From Candidatus Staskawiczbacteria bacterium (lineage in GTDB: Bacteria > Patescibacteriota > Minisyncoccia > Minisyncoccales > Staskawiczbacteraceae): a stretch of DNA of 64,000 bases. A program made the translations under genes and the position numbers. Below the pieces are notes generated by a model that made no database searches, was not told where the DNA came from, and saw only the letters and a list, made by a program, of their open reading frames with translations. The first letter of the stretch is position 1. Every line of letters begins with the position of its first letter. The stretch spans positions 527,323-591,322 of the forward strand of contig JAHFKV010000001.1 in the NCBI GenBank assembly GCA_023245155.1, written 5' to 3'. Shown in pieces: positions 7,752 through 17,718 of the stretch.

Positions 7752-10490
7752 TTACAACTTTTCTTTTGCTTTAATCTCTGCAATTTTACTTTCCAATGCT
7801 TTACCAGATACAAAGTTTGAGATTTTAGATTTTTTACCGTTGACCCAGCCGGCAATGGCAAGGTTATTTAATATTCCTGACTTCCAGGCCCAAACTCCAG
7901 CCAAGGCCAATGCTAATGGCAATAAGAAAGAGTCAACCAAGAAGTTACCAGTTAATGGACCGGTTGAAACATCGGTAGCTCCTAATACTCCCTGCCTATT
8001 AACGGTCACTGAGGCGCTTCCTGAACCATATCCGCCATCAGTGCTGGTTGCGGTTACCGCATCATACAATACTGGTGAAGAATTAAAGTTGAAGTTCTGG
8101 GCTGCTGCCACCTGGACTTGATAGGTGATGGTGTGGCTTTGAGTAGTGCTTCCCAAATTGATTCCAGTAATAATACTTCCTGAATTTGAAACTCCGTCAA
8201 CCATTAATGAGTTGTTGTAGTACAAATTATTCGGTAATACATCTCTAACCGTTACGTTGTTATAGTAATTGTTTGAATTTACTTGAACTGCGATCTGGAA
8301 TTGCAAAATATCAGAAGGCGAAGCGCTTATGTTGTTAGACCAGTTCAAGTTTCCGGTTGAAAGGTTTCTTGCTTGCACGTTGACTGAAAGATTTGAGAAG
8401 TTGTTGTTATTGTTGTTATTGTTGCAAACATTACCGTTACAGCCCCCGGAACAGTACTGGGAAGAACCAGCGTTACCGTATGAATCATACCAGGTCAAAT
8501 AATTTCCCGAGCATCTTTGGTAAGAATTTTGGGTGTAATAGTAGTTGTTATTGTAGTTGTTATTATTGTTATTGTTAATGTTAACGCAGGTATTATTGCT
8601 GCAGGTTTGGTTATAACCACACAAGTTGGTCCAGCTGGTTTGGTTTCCACAAGAGTCAAACCAATACAATCCGCTGCCTGAACATTTTTGGGTGTAGTTC
8701 TGGCCAGAGGTACAAGTATTGCCACCACCATTGTTATTTTGATTGGTGGTAAATGTTTGGTCATCACCATACACAGTTCCAGCGCTGGTAGTTAAACCGG
8801 CCCGGAAGTGATAGGTAGTACCTGTAGCTAAACCAGAAATCACTTGGCTAAATGGGCCGCTAACATTCTGGGTTTGGTTAGTAGTTACATTTCCATAGGT
8901 TACCGTTGGACCCCATTGGAAGAAGACCTGTCCTGAAGAAGCTCCTCCAAGGCTTGATAATTGGCCATTTAAGTTAACTGAAGTAGTGGTTATGGTGTTA
9001 GCTGACAATGTTTGTACTTGACCGAGAGAAGCAGTTTGTGCCGAGGTAAAACTCCTGTCTTCCCCATACATTCTTCCGGTTCCGTTCTCGGCCACTGCGC
9101 GGAAGTGATACTGGGTGTTTGGAGTTAAGCTGGTGATGGTAAAGCTAAAAGGCCCTGCAGCCGACTTTGTGCTGGCAGTCGTATCACCGTTACTATAAGA
9201 AGTTGTCGTTCCCCACTGGAACCAAACTGAAACTGAGGGGTCTGCTCCAAGATTATTTAAATATCCATTCAAGGTGGCAGAATTGTTCACAATGTTGCTG
9301 GCAGGGTTTGTGGTAACTGACAAATTATTATTAGTAACCGTGTTCACACAAGCTCCACTTGAACAGCTTCCGCTGCAATTTTGCACCAAACCTAATTGAG
9401 TATCGCAAGAATTAAAATTATAGACTGAGTTACCAACACACTTTTGAGTCACCGTTCCGTTTGGTACGCAATTATTATTAACGTTAGTTACACAAACACC
9501 ATCCAAGCAGCTTCCGCTGCAATTTTGCACCAAGCTTCCCTGGGTGCTACATGAATCAAAGTTGTAAATTGAGTTTCCCACGCATTTTTGCGTTAACGTC
9601 CCATTAGGAGTACAGGTGGTGGTGTTTGTACACTGGTTTATCGCAGGAGTTACAACTACGTTGCCTCCCCAACTTGCAAGACCCCGATTCCCTCCACCGC
9701 AATCCAAACCATCTACTTCACCTTGAAGTGAAATGGTGTGAGATCCGGCAGTAACATTACCAAGGCTAAGAGTAGCAGATTTTGGTAAGCTATGAGAGGG
9801 TAACGAACCGTAATGACCTAAGTATGGAGATACCGCTACTTCAGTACTATCAACAAAAGCGTGAACGCGGATGGAAGCACAGTGAGTAGATGGGACTGTG
9901 TACTGAAGGTTTAGCGAGCTATTATTCGTTAAGCTTGTAGTAATATTATATTTAGGTGTACAGAGGTTTGACCAATTGGCACCGCTTTTCTGGCAGTAAA
10001 CAGCTGCAGAAGTAGTAATATTTCCTGAAGGACAAAATGAGGCAGAGGTGCTATTAGATGAACCTGCAGTTGCTTGGATCACATCCACCGCCACGCCATC
10101 TTCAATAGTCATGGGACTATTTTTATCGACAGCGCACTGCAATTGAAAACGCATTGACTGCTGAGCCACCACGGTATAAGAACCACTGGTTGCCTTATCC
10201 ATTCCGACAGGTTGATTACCTCCCCAAAATGCTGGCAGAGGAAGCGTAGGAGAAACTCCGGTATTGCAATAGCTATAACCGGCTGGCGCTTGCCAGGTGA
10301 CAGTAACCGTAGTTCCAGGAGTAACCTGTGGATTGGAGCCATGAGTTCCATTAATCCACATCATCGTTACTGTGGAGGCTGAAGCTGAATCTGGTTTTGT
10401 TTCAACCTTTACGCTTACACCCAAAATTGCAAGTCCCAAGAAGAGACCGCAGAAAGCTACTCCCAACCCAATCTTGTACGCTGTTTTCAT
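7752..10490 (-). CDS. Giant sortase-anchored surface protein (Asn/Cys-rich, two Fn3 domains)
   Basis: N-terminal signal peptide. Repeated Cys modules (CVPNGTVTQKCVGNSVYNFNSC...) and poly-Asn tracts. Two Fn3 blocks (YHFRAVAENGTG.., YHFRAGLTTSAG..). C-terminal sorting signal GPLTGN + hydrophobic segment + KSG..KK tail. Confidence 0.8.
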   Translation of the reverse strand: MKTAYKIGLGVAFCGLFLGLAILGVSVKVETKPDSASASTVTMMWINGTHGSNPQVTPGTTVTVTWQAPAGYSYCNTGVSPTLPLPAFWGGNQPVGMDKATSGSYTVVAQQSMRFQLQCAVDKNSPMTIEDGVAVDVIQATAGSSNSTSASFCPSGNITTSAAVYCQKSGANWSNLCTPKYNITTSLTNNSSLNLQYTVPSTHCASIRVHAFVDSTEVAVSPYLGHYGSLPSHSLPKSATLSLGNVTAGSHTISLQGEVDGLDCGGGNRGLASWGGNVVVTPAINQCTNTTTCTPNGTLTQKCVGNSIYNFDSCSTQGSLVQNCSGSCLDGVCVTNVNNNCVPNGTVTQKCVGNSVYNFNSCDTQLGLVQNCSGSCSSGACVNTVTNNNLSVTTNPASNIVNNSATLNGYLNNLGADPSVSVWFQWGTTTSYSNGDTTASTKSAAGPFSFTITSLTPNTQYHFRAVAENGTGRMYGEDRSFTSAQTASLGQVQTLSANTITTTSVNLNGQLSSLGGASSGQVFFQWGPTVTYGNVTTNQTQNVSGPFSQVISGLATGTTYHFRAGLTTSAGTVYGDDQTFTTNQNNNGGGNTCTSGQNYTQKCSGSGLYWFDSCGNQTSWTNLCGYNQTCSNNTCVNINNNNNNNYNNNYYYTQNSYQRCSGNYLTWYDSYGNAGSSQYCSGGCNGNVCNNNNNNNNFSNLSVNVQARNLSTGNLNWSNNISASPSDILQFQIAVQVNSNNYYNNVTVRDVLPNNLYYNNSLMVDGVSNSGSIITGINLGSTTQSHTITYQVQVAAAQNFNFNSSPVLYDAVTATSTDGGYGSGSASVTVNRQGVLGATDVSTGPLTGNFLVDSFLLPLALALAGVWAWKSGILNNLAIAGWVNGKKSKISNFVSGKALESKIAEIKAKEKL

Positions 10491-10541
10491 AGATTTTTAC
10501 TTTTATTATATTGATTTTTATAGTAATTATAGTAATTCTAG

Positions 10542-10570
10542 ATACTACTGTATTAAGGAAATTCTGTCAA
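10542..10570 (-). promoter_or_regulatory. Promoter TTGACA-17-TAGTAT for the surface-protein gene
   Basis: Plus tgtcaa 10565-10570, atacta 10542-10547, in the sortase/surface-gene intergenic region. Confidence 0.5.
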
Positions 10571-10579
10571 TAGGACAGG

Positions 10580-11263
10580 CTAGTTGACTAGCTCTGCCGA
10601 AACCCTGATTCTTTGATAATCCTTTCCTGGCGGCCAACAACTAACAATGGTTAGGACATTATTTTTTCCAGTTAAGCCAAAAGACTCAACATCTTGTCCT
10701 TTCTTGATAATACTTTTTTCTATTACCTTATAAGTATATTGCCTATTATTAAAATATAGTACTATATTATCTCCCGAATTCAAGTTGTTAATATCTGTAA
10801 AGACCCAATCGTGTTTTATATGCGGCCAATTAGGAGGCGCCGAATGTCCTAACACCACAATCTGTCCGTTTTGACCTGGTAACACCGAACCCGGATAATA
10901 GACCACTCCTTTATCTAAGTCACGTTCTAGGGTCGGAATATCAGTATTTTCACCTATCACCAAAGCCGTAGAAAGATTAATGGTCGGGATTTCTAAAGAA
11001 TTAGAATTAGACGAATACGGATATTTTGCTGTATTTACCGCTGCGTTTTGAGCATTAATATTGGGCGGTAATTTAATTTCACTGGCCGATACCAGCAATG
11101 GACTGTCAGGGTAGGGTGCAAAAAAGTCATATACTAAACCTCCCACTTCGCGGTAGTTAAACATCCATGAGACATTGTCCCAATTAATAATGATAAAAAG
11201 CAAAATGAATAAAAAGATATATGCCTTTATCAATTCCCGTTGTTTTTTGTTGATTCTGAACAT
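10580..11263 (-). CDS. Sortase-family transpeptidase
   Basis: N-terminal TM anchor, His in VVLGHS, catalytic Cys in LTIVSCWPPG (TLxTC-like), Arg near C-terminus; sits beside its likely substrate. Confidence 0.75.
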   Translation of the reverse strand: MFRINKKQRELIKAYIFLFILLFIIINWDNVSWMFNYREVGGLVYDFFAPYPDSPLLVSASEIKLPPNINAQNAAVNTAKYPYSSNSNSLEIPTINLSTALVIGENTDIPTLERDLDKGVVYYPGSVLPGQNGQIVVLGHSAPPNWPHIKHDWVFTDINNLNSGDNIVLYFNNRQYTYKVIEKSIIKKGQDVESFGLTGKNNVLTIVSCWPPGKDYQRIRVSAELVN

Positions 11264-11265
11264 GA

Positions 11266-12276
11266 TTAAATGATGACTTGATATGGCAATAAGTGATTTA
11301 TTACGTTTTTGTTAATACACAGCGAAATAACCAGAATTACCATGAGCAAAATTGGGCGGACGAGCATTCCCCTATTCTCCACTTTAAACATTACCATTCC
11401 ATTAATTATCAAACAACCTGCCGTAAAAAGCAGTACTACCCAAGCGGCGTAGACTAACATTTGATTGTCATCATATACAATAAAATTTAACATTTGCAAA
11501 TACAAATTACGAACCCCGACATGTTCGGGACCTTCGATATATTCAGTTGATCCCGATAATACCTTGAGTTGCACAGGTTGGGCCGGCTCAGGTGACGGAG
11601 TATTTTGAACAACTGCCGCCGCTGGGACAGTTTCTTTAACTTGCACGGGCGCGGGAGGAACAGGTGTTGGAGTTACTACTGGGGCTGGATTTGGAGTTGG
11701 TCTGGGCTTAGGCTCAGGCTTAACGGTAGCAGCAACTAGCGGACTTCCAAATTCTTGCACCACCACAATTGAATTTCCCCCAAAGCCGCCTAAAACTGCC
11801 GTTCCAACTTGAGTATAATGACTATTCAGCAAGTTAGCTTTATGCGATGGTGAATTAAACCAAGCATCATACACTACTTTTGAATCCACAAAACCCACTG
11901 CCAAGTTTTCACCGGCATATTTATAGGTATAACCAACTTGTTTAAACCAAAACCAAGGCGTAATCCCCTGTGGGCTCTCGTGGGCAAAATAATCATTTTT
12001 TACCATGTCTTGAGCCTTGGCCATGGCGGCTTGATTTAATTTTTCGCTTTCAGTTAATGGGTTTAAACCCAAACTTTGCCGGTTTTCGTTTAGTAAATTC
12101 AAAAGGTCAATTTTGGTAATATCGGCAAAAAAGTAATTTTGCGAAATAGGTAAATAGAGGGCCGCTCCAATAATTTTCAACGTTAAAATAGCTATTACCA
12201 GAAACAACAAAACCCGGCCTTGTAAAAATCCGGGAATTTTATCAAAAACTTCTTGTCCTTCCAATTCGTAATTCAT
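11266..12276 (-). CDS. Membrane-anchored CAP/SCP/PR-1 domain protein with Pro-rich linker
   Basis: TM anchor; CAP-domain motifs (HYTQVGTAV.., AHESPQG); PEPKPRPTPNPAPVVTPTPVPPAP linker. Confidence 0.6.
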   Translation of the reverse strand: MNYELEGQEVFDKIPGFLQGRVLLFLVIAILTLKIIGAALYLPISQNYFFADITKIDLLNLLNENRQSLGLNPLTESEKLNQAAMAKAQDMVKNDYFAHESPQGITPWFWFKQVGYTYKYAGENLAVGFVDSKVVYDAWFNSPSHKANLLNSHYTQVGTAVLGGFGGNSIVVVQEFGSPLVAATVKPEPKPRPTPNPAPVVTPTPVPPAPVQVKETVPAAAVVQNTPSPEPAQPVQLKVLSGSTEYIEGPEHVGVRNLYLQMLNFIVYDDNQMLVYAAWVVLLFTAGCLIINGMVMFKVENRGMLVRPILLMVILVISLCINKNVINHLLPYQVII

Positions 12277-12342
12277 GCTCTAACTATACACCCTTTGTAT
12301 GATTATGTCAAGTATCTCTGACACGGCTTGGGGGTGGCCCTT

Positions 12343-13146
12343 CTATTTGTAATACGCCCTGTCTTTATATTGCAAATAAATATATTGCAGTTTTTTCCTG
12401 ACAGCGGGCGTAATGGTATTTTTTAACAATAAATCCATTTTGGTAATCTGGTCATCAATGGAAATGCTGGGATCAACATAGAGCTTCCAGCCTTCAGTTG
12501 TAGTAAATATGAGTGGATTGGAAACAAGGGCTTCTTTGACATGTATTTGAAAATTATTCTGCAAATCGTCTTTTACTTTCGTAATTACAGCCATACTGCT
12601 TTTATCTATCACAGGCATTCCTGTAATAAAAGTTTGGCCGCCAGCTTGCCGCACAATAAGGTTGTTCTCAGTTGGATTACCATTCGCATAGATAACCCCG
12701 TTTTTATCTATCAAAAAACATTGCTCAAAACTTTTACTTGCGCAAAACGTGGCAACCGGCGAACGTTCTGTAATTTCCAAATGGATACCAGCCAGCCACC
12801 GGTGTTGCACATTCACATTCTCCAAATCAGGAAATCCCGTTAATAGGCTTCTTTTTAATTGAGTGGTATTTACCGTAAAAATACTTTTGCTGGAAATACC
12901 GAGTACTTTTTTATTGATATTCTGCCAGGCGGCTGTTTGAATATCAACGCTACTAACATTTTGATTACCCGAGATAGTAATGGCCTGCACTTGGAATTGC
13001 GGAAAAAAGAAAAACAAGTAAAAAACTCCGCCGGCAACAACTAAGAATAATAATGCCAACCAAAAAACCGACCTGTCAAACAAGCTCTTTTTTGGCTTCA
13101 AATACCGTAATTTACTCTTAATATGCTTATGGCGATGGTTTTTCAC
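12343..13146 (-). CDS. ftsQ: Cell division protein FtsQ/DivIB-like (POTRA)
   Basis: Basic N-terminus, single TM, POTRA-like region (ITISGNQNVSSVDI), position in a division/cell-wall block. Confidence 0.55.
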   Translation of the reverse strand: MKNHRHKHIKSKLRYLKPKKSLFDRSVFWLALLFLVVAGGVFYLFFFFPQFQVQAITISGNQNVSSVDIQTAAWQNINKKVLGISSKSIFTVNTTQLKRSLLTGFPDLENVNVQHRWLAGIHLEITERSPVATFCASKSFEQCFLIDKNGVIYANGNPTENNLIVRQAGGQTFITGMPVIDKSSMAVITKVKDDLQNNFQIHVKEALVSNPLIFTTTEGWKLYVDPSISIDDQITKMDLLLKNTITPAVRKKLQYIYLQYKDRAYYK

Positions 13147-14168
13147 AATCCTCTTTTATATTTCCGGATTACTTCTATTATATAGTTTATCCAATATTTT
13201 TGCGAAATAATATAATCCTGAGTTTTCAAATATTCATCCACATAACCACCAAATCCCATTTTAAATAAGGTAGGGCCAGCATAGGGATGTTTGGGATATT
13301 TGACGGGATCTGCATACCCCCAAAAGTCATACGTGTGACATCCCCTGCTCTTGGCCTCTTTAATAGCTTCCCATTGTAGCAGCACTGAAACCGGAATTTT
13401 ATGAAATTCCGGCAGTAAGGCCGCGTGATGGTAAAAACCTATGCCTGACCAGAAAATTTCGAAAGCAGTCGCAATGGGCTGGCCCTTATATTTAGCAAAA
13501 TACAAAGAAATGTTATTATCTTGCAAAAACGCCTCGAACTCTTTTTTTAAATACCCCAAACTAAACGGCACAAACTTTTGAATTTTAGCCACCGGCGTGT
13601 GTAGTTGGTAAAACAATTCCAAATCTTTTACATCTGTACTTTTAACAATTTCTACGTCTTTATTATTTTGCGCCTGTTTAATTAAATAACGCGTAGATTT
13701 ACGCATTTCACCCAATAATTGTTCTTCGGCTGGCGTAATATCCAATTTCCAACTGCTTTCCGGGTGATAATGGAGCGGCGCCACCCGAAAATTTAAATCT
13801 TTAAATAATTTTTGATTTTCTGGTGTTCTCTCCCAAATTGGGCAAATCCTGATAAAATCCGCTTTTTCACTTTTCGCCAATTCTTTCAGTTTTTCCAAAA
13901 GTAACTTGATAACTTGATAACTTGATGAACTTTCAACTCCGACCGGTCCATGAGGAACCAACAAAAAACTTCCGCGTTTTGAAATAATCAAAACCGTCAG
14001 TGCAACGGCAACCAATCCCCCATTTTCATAAATCCCAAACCGCCAAATCTTGTTCCCTAAAGATTTATGAAATTCGCCCCAAGCAAAAGACTGCAAAAAA
14101 GTTTTTCTTTCACATGTTACCAAAAACTCTTCCCATATTTTTTTGTCTGCAATTTCTCTTATTTCCAT
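13143..14168 (-). CDS. FemAB-family peptidoglycan aminoacyltransferase (FemX/MurM-like)
   Basis: FemAB N-terminal signature (TFLQSFAWGEF), ~340 aa, 4-nt overlap with neighbours. Confidence 0.7.
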   Translation of the reverse strand: MEIREIADKKIWEEFLVTCERKTFLQSFAWGEFHKSLGNKIWRFGIYENGGLVAVALTVLIISKRGSFLLVPHGPVGVESSSSYQVIKLLLEKLKELAKSEKADFIRICPIWERTPENQKLFKDLNFRVAPLHYHPESSWKLDITPAEEQLLGEMRKSTRYLIKQAQNNKDVEIVKSTDVKDLELFYQLHTPVAKIQKFVPFSLGYLKKEFEAFLQDNNISLYFAKYKGQPIATAFEIFWSGIGFYHHAALLPEFHKIPVSVLLQWEAIKEAKSRGCHTYDFWGYADPVKYPKHPYAGPTLFKMGFGGYVDEYLKTQDYIISQKYWINYIIEVIRKYKRGL

Positions 14169-15346
14169 TTCTTTAAAAAAATAGCCACTCGCCGCGCATC
14201 ATCCATACTAATATTAATATGCGTCGGTAGATTCAGAGTTCGTTTGGCCAAGTATTCGGCGTTAGGGCATTGACCAGGCTGATATTTCATTTCCTCCATA
14301 TTGGTGTCATCAGGGACAATGGGTGTGGTGTACCAATCCCCTAGCAACATTTTTTCTTTGTGCCAGGCTTCATATAAAATTTCCGTGGCTTTTGGGTGCT
14401 GAATAGCAAAGCGCAAAAAAATATTATTTTCTTTTTTAGGTAACACAAACTTTGTACTCGCTAGCTCCTGATAATAAAACTCAGCGATTTGTTTTCTGTG
14501 AGCATTAAATTTTTCTAATTTATTAAATTGATATTGCGCCATCATTGCCAGTGCATTTGGTAGGGCTTTTGGGAAATAATCGGGCTTTAACCCCCTTTTT
14601 TCTTGCCAACTGACAGCTTTGGATAAAATATAAAGCCATTGTGATAAAACTAAAAACACTTTCCCCACATCAAAAAAGTTATACAAGGGTAAAATAATAA
14701 AATGCAACAACACCGGATGCATAATTTGCTGGCGCGTCCAAAACAAACTTGGCATGCCAAATTCTTGCTGCAGCGTCTCTATTTTTTTTGCTAACTCATC
14801 ATCGTTAGTAACTGCCATCCCGCCGTATACACAAGAAATCACCTTATCTCGCGAAAAACTAAAAAACCCAGCTTTGCCGAATGTCCCCACTTTGCGCCCA
14901 TTAATCTCTGCCCCCAGCGCATGTGCACAATCTTCAATCACACTTTCATTAAGTAATGACGCATTTGGCAAACCAAACGTGTGCTGAACAATATCAACTT
15001 TGCCTGCGGCATTAAAATCGTCTGCAACATCCACATAAACAGGATTTAAACCCGCCCATAAGATCGGATTCACTACTGCATTACACGTAAACGCCTGGAG
15101 CATCACATCAGAGCCTTTCGGTAAATCAAGGGCTTTCAGGATAGCATAAAAAGCAGACCGGCCTGAATTAAACGAAAAAGCATATTTGACCCCCAAATAC
15201 TTAGCAAAGTCTTTCTCAAAGTTTTTAATGGCACTTCCCCGTTTCCACTTCCAAGGTTTAAATAATAATTTCAACGCCAAAACCACGTCGTCTTTTTGGA
15301 CATTAGGAGAAAGCGAGATTGATATTGGCCGGAACTTATCTGTCAT
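14159..15346 (-). CDS. DegT/DnrJ/EryC1/StrS-family PLP aminotransferase (amino-sugar biosynthesis)
   Basis: FSFNSGRSA.., AHALGAEINGRKVGTFGKAGFFSFSRDKVIS (PLP-Lys region). Start moved to the internal Met at 15346 (MTDKF...); ORF-track start is Cys-rich and implausible. Confidence 0.7.
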   Translation of the reverse strand: MTDKFRPISISLSPNVQKDDVVLALKLLFKPWKWKRGSAIKNFEKDFAKYLGVKYAFSFNSGRSAFYAILKALDLPKGSDVMLQAFTCNAVVNPILWAGLNPVYVDVADDFNAAGKVDIVQHTFGLPNASLLNESVIEDCAHALGAEINGRKVGTFGKAGFFSFSRDKVISCVYGGMAVTNDDELAKKIETLQQEFGMPSLFWTRQQIMHPVLLHFIILPLYNFFDVGKVFLVLSQWLYILSKAVSWQEKRGLKPDYFPKALPNALAMMAQYQFNKLEKFNAHRKQIAEFYYQELASTKFVLPKKENNIFLRFAIQHPKATEILYEAWHKEKMLLGDWYTTPIVPDDTNMEEMKYQPGQCPNAEYLAKRTLNLPTHINISMDDARRVAIFLKKWK

Positions 15347-16955
15347 ATAACAATGTAAGCAATTCTCCCGGCACCCGTCCTTCCAGCAACACCGTATCGC
15401 CTTGGCCGCAGAATGTGGTAATGACATTAAAGATTTCTTGCGCATCATCACAAAATAACATTTTGCGGCTATTTAAACCCTGGCTCATAAACCCAGTTTC
15501 CAATTGCCTGAATTTATCTTTGGTGGTAATAATGGCTAAGTCACAAACTTGGGCTATTTTTTTGCCCAGCTCCTCGTGAATCCGGTTTGATTCTTTCCCC
15601 AATTCAATCAAGCATGGCATGACAATGACTTTTTTATTTGCGTGCACGTTCAAATAATCCACATCTGCCACCACGCCATCAGGGTTGGCTGAATACGAAG
15701 AATCTATAACCGTGATACCATGAACTCCTTTTTTCAAAACCATTCCGCCCTGTTGTTGAGTAATAGTCTCACACGCCCGAGTGATTTCCTGGATGCCCAT
15801 ACCTAATTCTTTAGCAGCCATCATCGCTCCCAACACATTCTGAATATTGTGCTTGCCTAACACATTCACCCTGCAATGGGCCATATTGCGCTGGCGAGAA
15901 ACCAGGATAAAATCTAAATAGGTTGGCTTTACCTCAATGTGCTCGGCCCACATATCAGCGCTGACCATGTTTTCTTTTGAGGTATAAATGCGTTTGTTTC
16001 CCTTAAAATTCTTGTATAAATCAACACAGTAAGCGTTGTCACCATTCACAATTAATATGCCATGGGCTGGTAAATTTCTGGCTAGCTCCCGCCCACCTTC
16101 AGCTGAAAGCAGGTTTTCCAAAGAACCGAACGTGGATAAATGCTGTTCATTAACCCCGGTAACAATGCCAATATCAGGCCGGGCCATGTTGCACAGTAAA
16201 TCAATACCACCCTTGTTATAAGCTCCCATTTCAACGATAAAAAACTTGTGGTCAGGAGTTAGCGATTGTAAAATGGTTTGGGCAATACCCATTTCTGAAT
16301 TTTTATGTTCGGGGGTTGAAAGCACACTAAATTTTGAAGATAAAATGGTAGTTAAAAATTCTTTACTGGAAGTTTTTCCGTAAGATCCAGTGATTCCGAT
16401 AATAGTTAGATTTTTGTGCTCTAACACTTTTTGGCGCGCCTGATCTAAAATTCGGTAGCGTGCGAACACGAAAAAAGGTTGCACTGCCAATACCACCAAA
16501 GAAATAATAGCTGGCATGAGTAAATCAAAAGCCAACAGCAAGAACAGCAACCAAAACATTGAAGTAATATAGGTTTGCAAGGCAAATAAATACGCTAGTG
16601 TCAGAGCGATAGCAATAAGGGTTAACAATACCGCTTTAAAAGTGAATGCCGGGCGCTTGATGCTTTTCTGTTTAATTCCCAAGATAAAAACGGCTGATTC
16701 AACCGCGTACACCAGTAATAATGCCCAAAAAACTATGTTAAAAAAAGAATAATTCGCCAGCAGGGCAACGATTAATATAACCTTAAGGATGGGCAGGGGG
16801 CTTACAAAAATCTGCTTGCCTTTGTAGGTTCTGAAGTGATCTGCAAAGCGCCCGGTGTGATATTCTTTCAGTTGCCACAAATAAATCCAAAAAAGGACAA
16901 ATTTAACATTCCTGATTAGCCACAAGAAACTGAATAGGTTTATGAAAACATCCAT
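15336..16955 (-). CDS. Membrane-anchored Mur-ligase-family protein (MurF-like central and C-terminal domains fused to ~5-TM N-terminus)
   Basis: IIGITGSYGKTSSKEF P-loop typical of MurF, DNAY..., C-terminal MPCLIELGKESNRIHEELG MurF-like domain. First ~180 aa are hydrophobic helices instead of the usual UDP-substrate-binding domain. Confidence 0.65.
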   Translation of the reverse strand: MDVFINLFSFLWLIRNVKFVLFWIYLWQLKEYHTGRFADHFRTYKGKQIFVSPLPILKVILIVALLANYSFFNIVFWALLLVYAVESAVFILGIKQKSIKRPAFTFKAVLLTLIAIALTLAYLFALQTYITSMFWLLFLLLAFDLLMPAIISLVVLAVQPFFVFARYRILDQARQKVLEHKNLTIIGITGSYGKTSSKEFLTTILSSKFSVLSTPEHKNSEMGIAQTILQSLTPDHKFFIVEMGAYNKGGIDLLCNMARPDIGIVTGVNEQHLSTFGSLENLLSAEGGRELARNLPAHGILIVNGDNAYCVDLYKNFKGNKRIYTSKENMVSADMWAEHIEVKPTYLDFILVSRQRNMAHCRVNVLGKHNIQNVLGAMMAAKELGMGIQEITRACETITQQQGGMVLKKGVHGITVIDSSYSANPDGVVADVDYLNVHANKKVIVMPCLIELGKESNRIHEELGKKIAQVCDLAIITTKDKFRQLETGFMSQGLNSRKMLFCDDAQEIFNVITTFCGQGDTVLLEGRVPGELLTLLYDR

Positions 16956-16956
16956 G

Positions 16957-17718
16957 TCACAAGTTTACTAATATTTTTTCAGATAATAATTCGGGCACTT
17001 CTATTTGAAGCGAATGATTGGCGCCAGGAATAATTTCTAACGTTGAACCATAAATTTTTTGATGGATAAAGTGGGCCTGCGCTATGGGTGTTGAAGTATC
17101 TTTATTGCCCCAAATGATGACTACGGGAACTTTCAAGAAATTTATTTTGTGGGATAAATCTTCGGAAATACCTTTTAAATAAATTTGCTTCATAACTCCA
17201 TCAACCTGCAAATAATCGGTTTTTCTTAAAATATATTTGTAAAAACCCTTCCGGAAAATTTGGTAACCGGGTAAAAAAGAAAAAAGTTTGACCACTTTTG
17301 AGGTGCGCCACAATAATTTTTTTGAAATCTTCATCTGGCGCACACAAGCCGCTGAAATTAAGAATAATTTTTGTACTCTTTGGGGATATTTTAAGGCAAA
17401 CTTGGCCGCCAATGCCCCGCCAAAGGAATGCCCGGCCAAATAAAAACTGCTATTAAGTTCTGGCATTTGGGCACAAAATTGCACCAACCAATCAACATAA
17501 GCGTCTAAACTCCAAGCAGTTAAGGGTTCCTGGCTTTTACCAAACCCGGGTAAATCAGGAATAATTGCTTGCATATTTTGAGCGGCCAGTAATTCTGCAG
17601 TTTTCTGCCAGCGTTCAGAATTTGATTTCCAACCGTGTAATATGAGTATTGGCCGCCCTGCGCCAAAAACCCTGTAGTTTATTTTAAGATTATTTACAAT
17701 AATCTGTTGCTCATTCAT
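16957..17718 (-). CDS. Alpha/beta-fold hydrolase
   Basis: HGW..S, nucleophile elbow GHSFGG, ~250 aa. Confidence 0.7.
   Translation of the reverse strand: MNEQQIIVNNLKINYRVFGAGRPILILHGWKSNSERWQKTAELLAAQNMQAIIPDLPGFGKSQEPLTAWSLDAYVDWLVQFCAQMPELNSSFYLAGHSFGGALAAKFALKYPQRVQKLFLISAACVRQMKISKKLLWRTSKVVKLFSFLPGYQIFRKGFYKYILRKTDYLQVDGVMKQIYLKGISEDLSHKINFLKVPVVIIWGNKDTSTPIAQAHFIHQKIYGSTLEIIPGANHSLQIEVPELLSEKILVNL

Noticed and set aside
8393-8770. Repetitive tract (AAT/AAC/TGT-rich) as a CRISPR array or tandem DNA repeat
   Set aside because: It is the poly-Asn/Tyr low-complexity coding segment of the 912-aa surface protein (NNNNNNNYNNNYYY), in frame, with no repeat-spacer periodicity. No CRISPR repeats or cas genes anywhere in the window.
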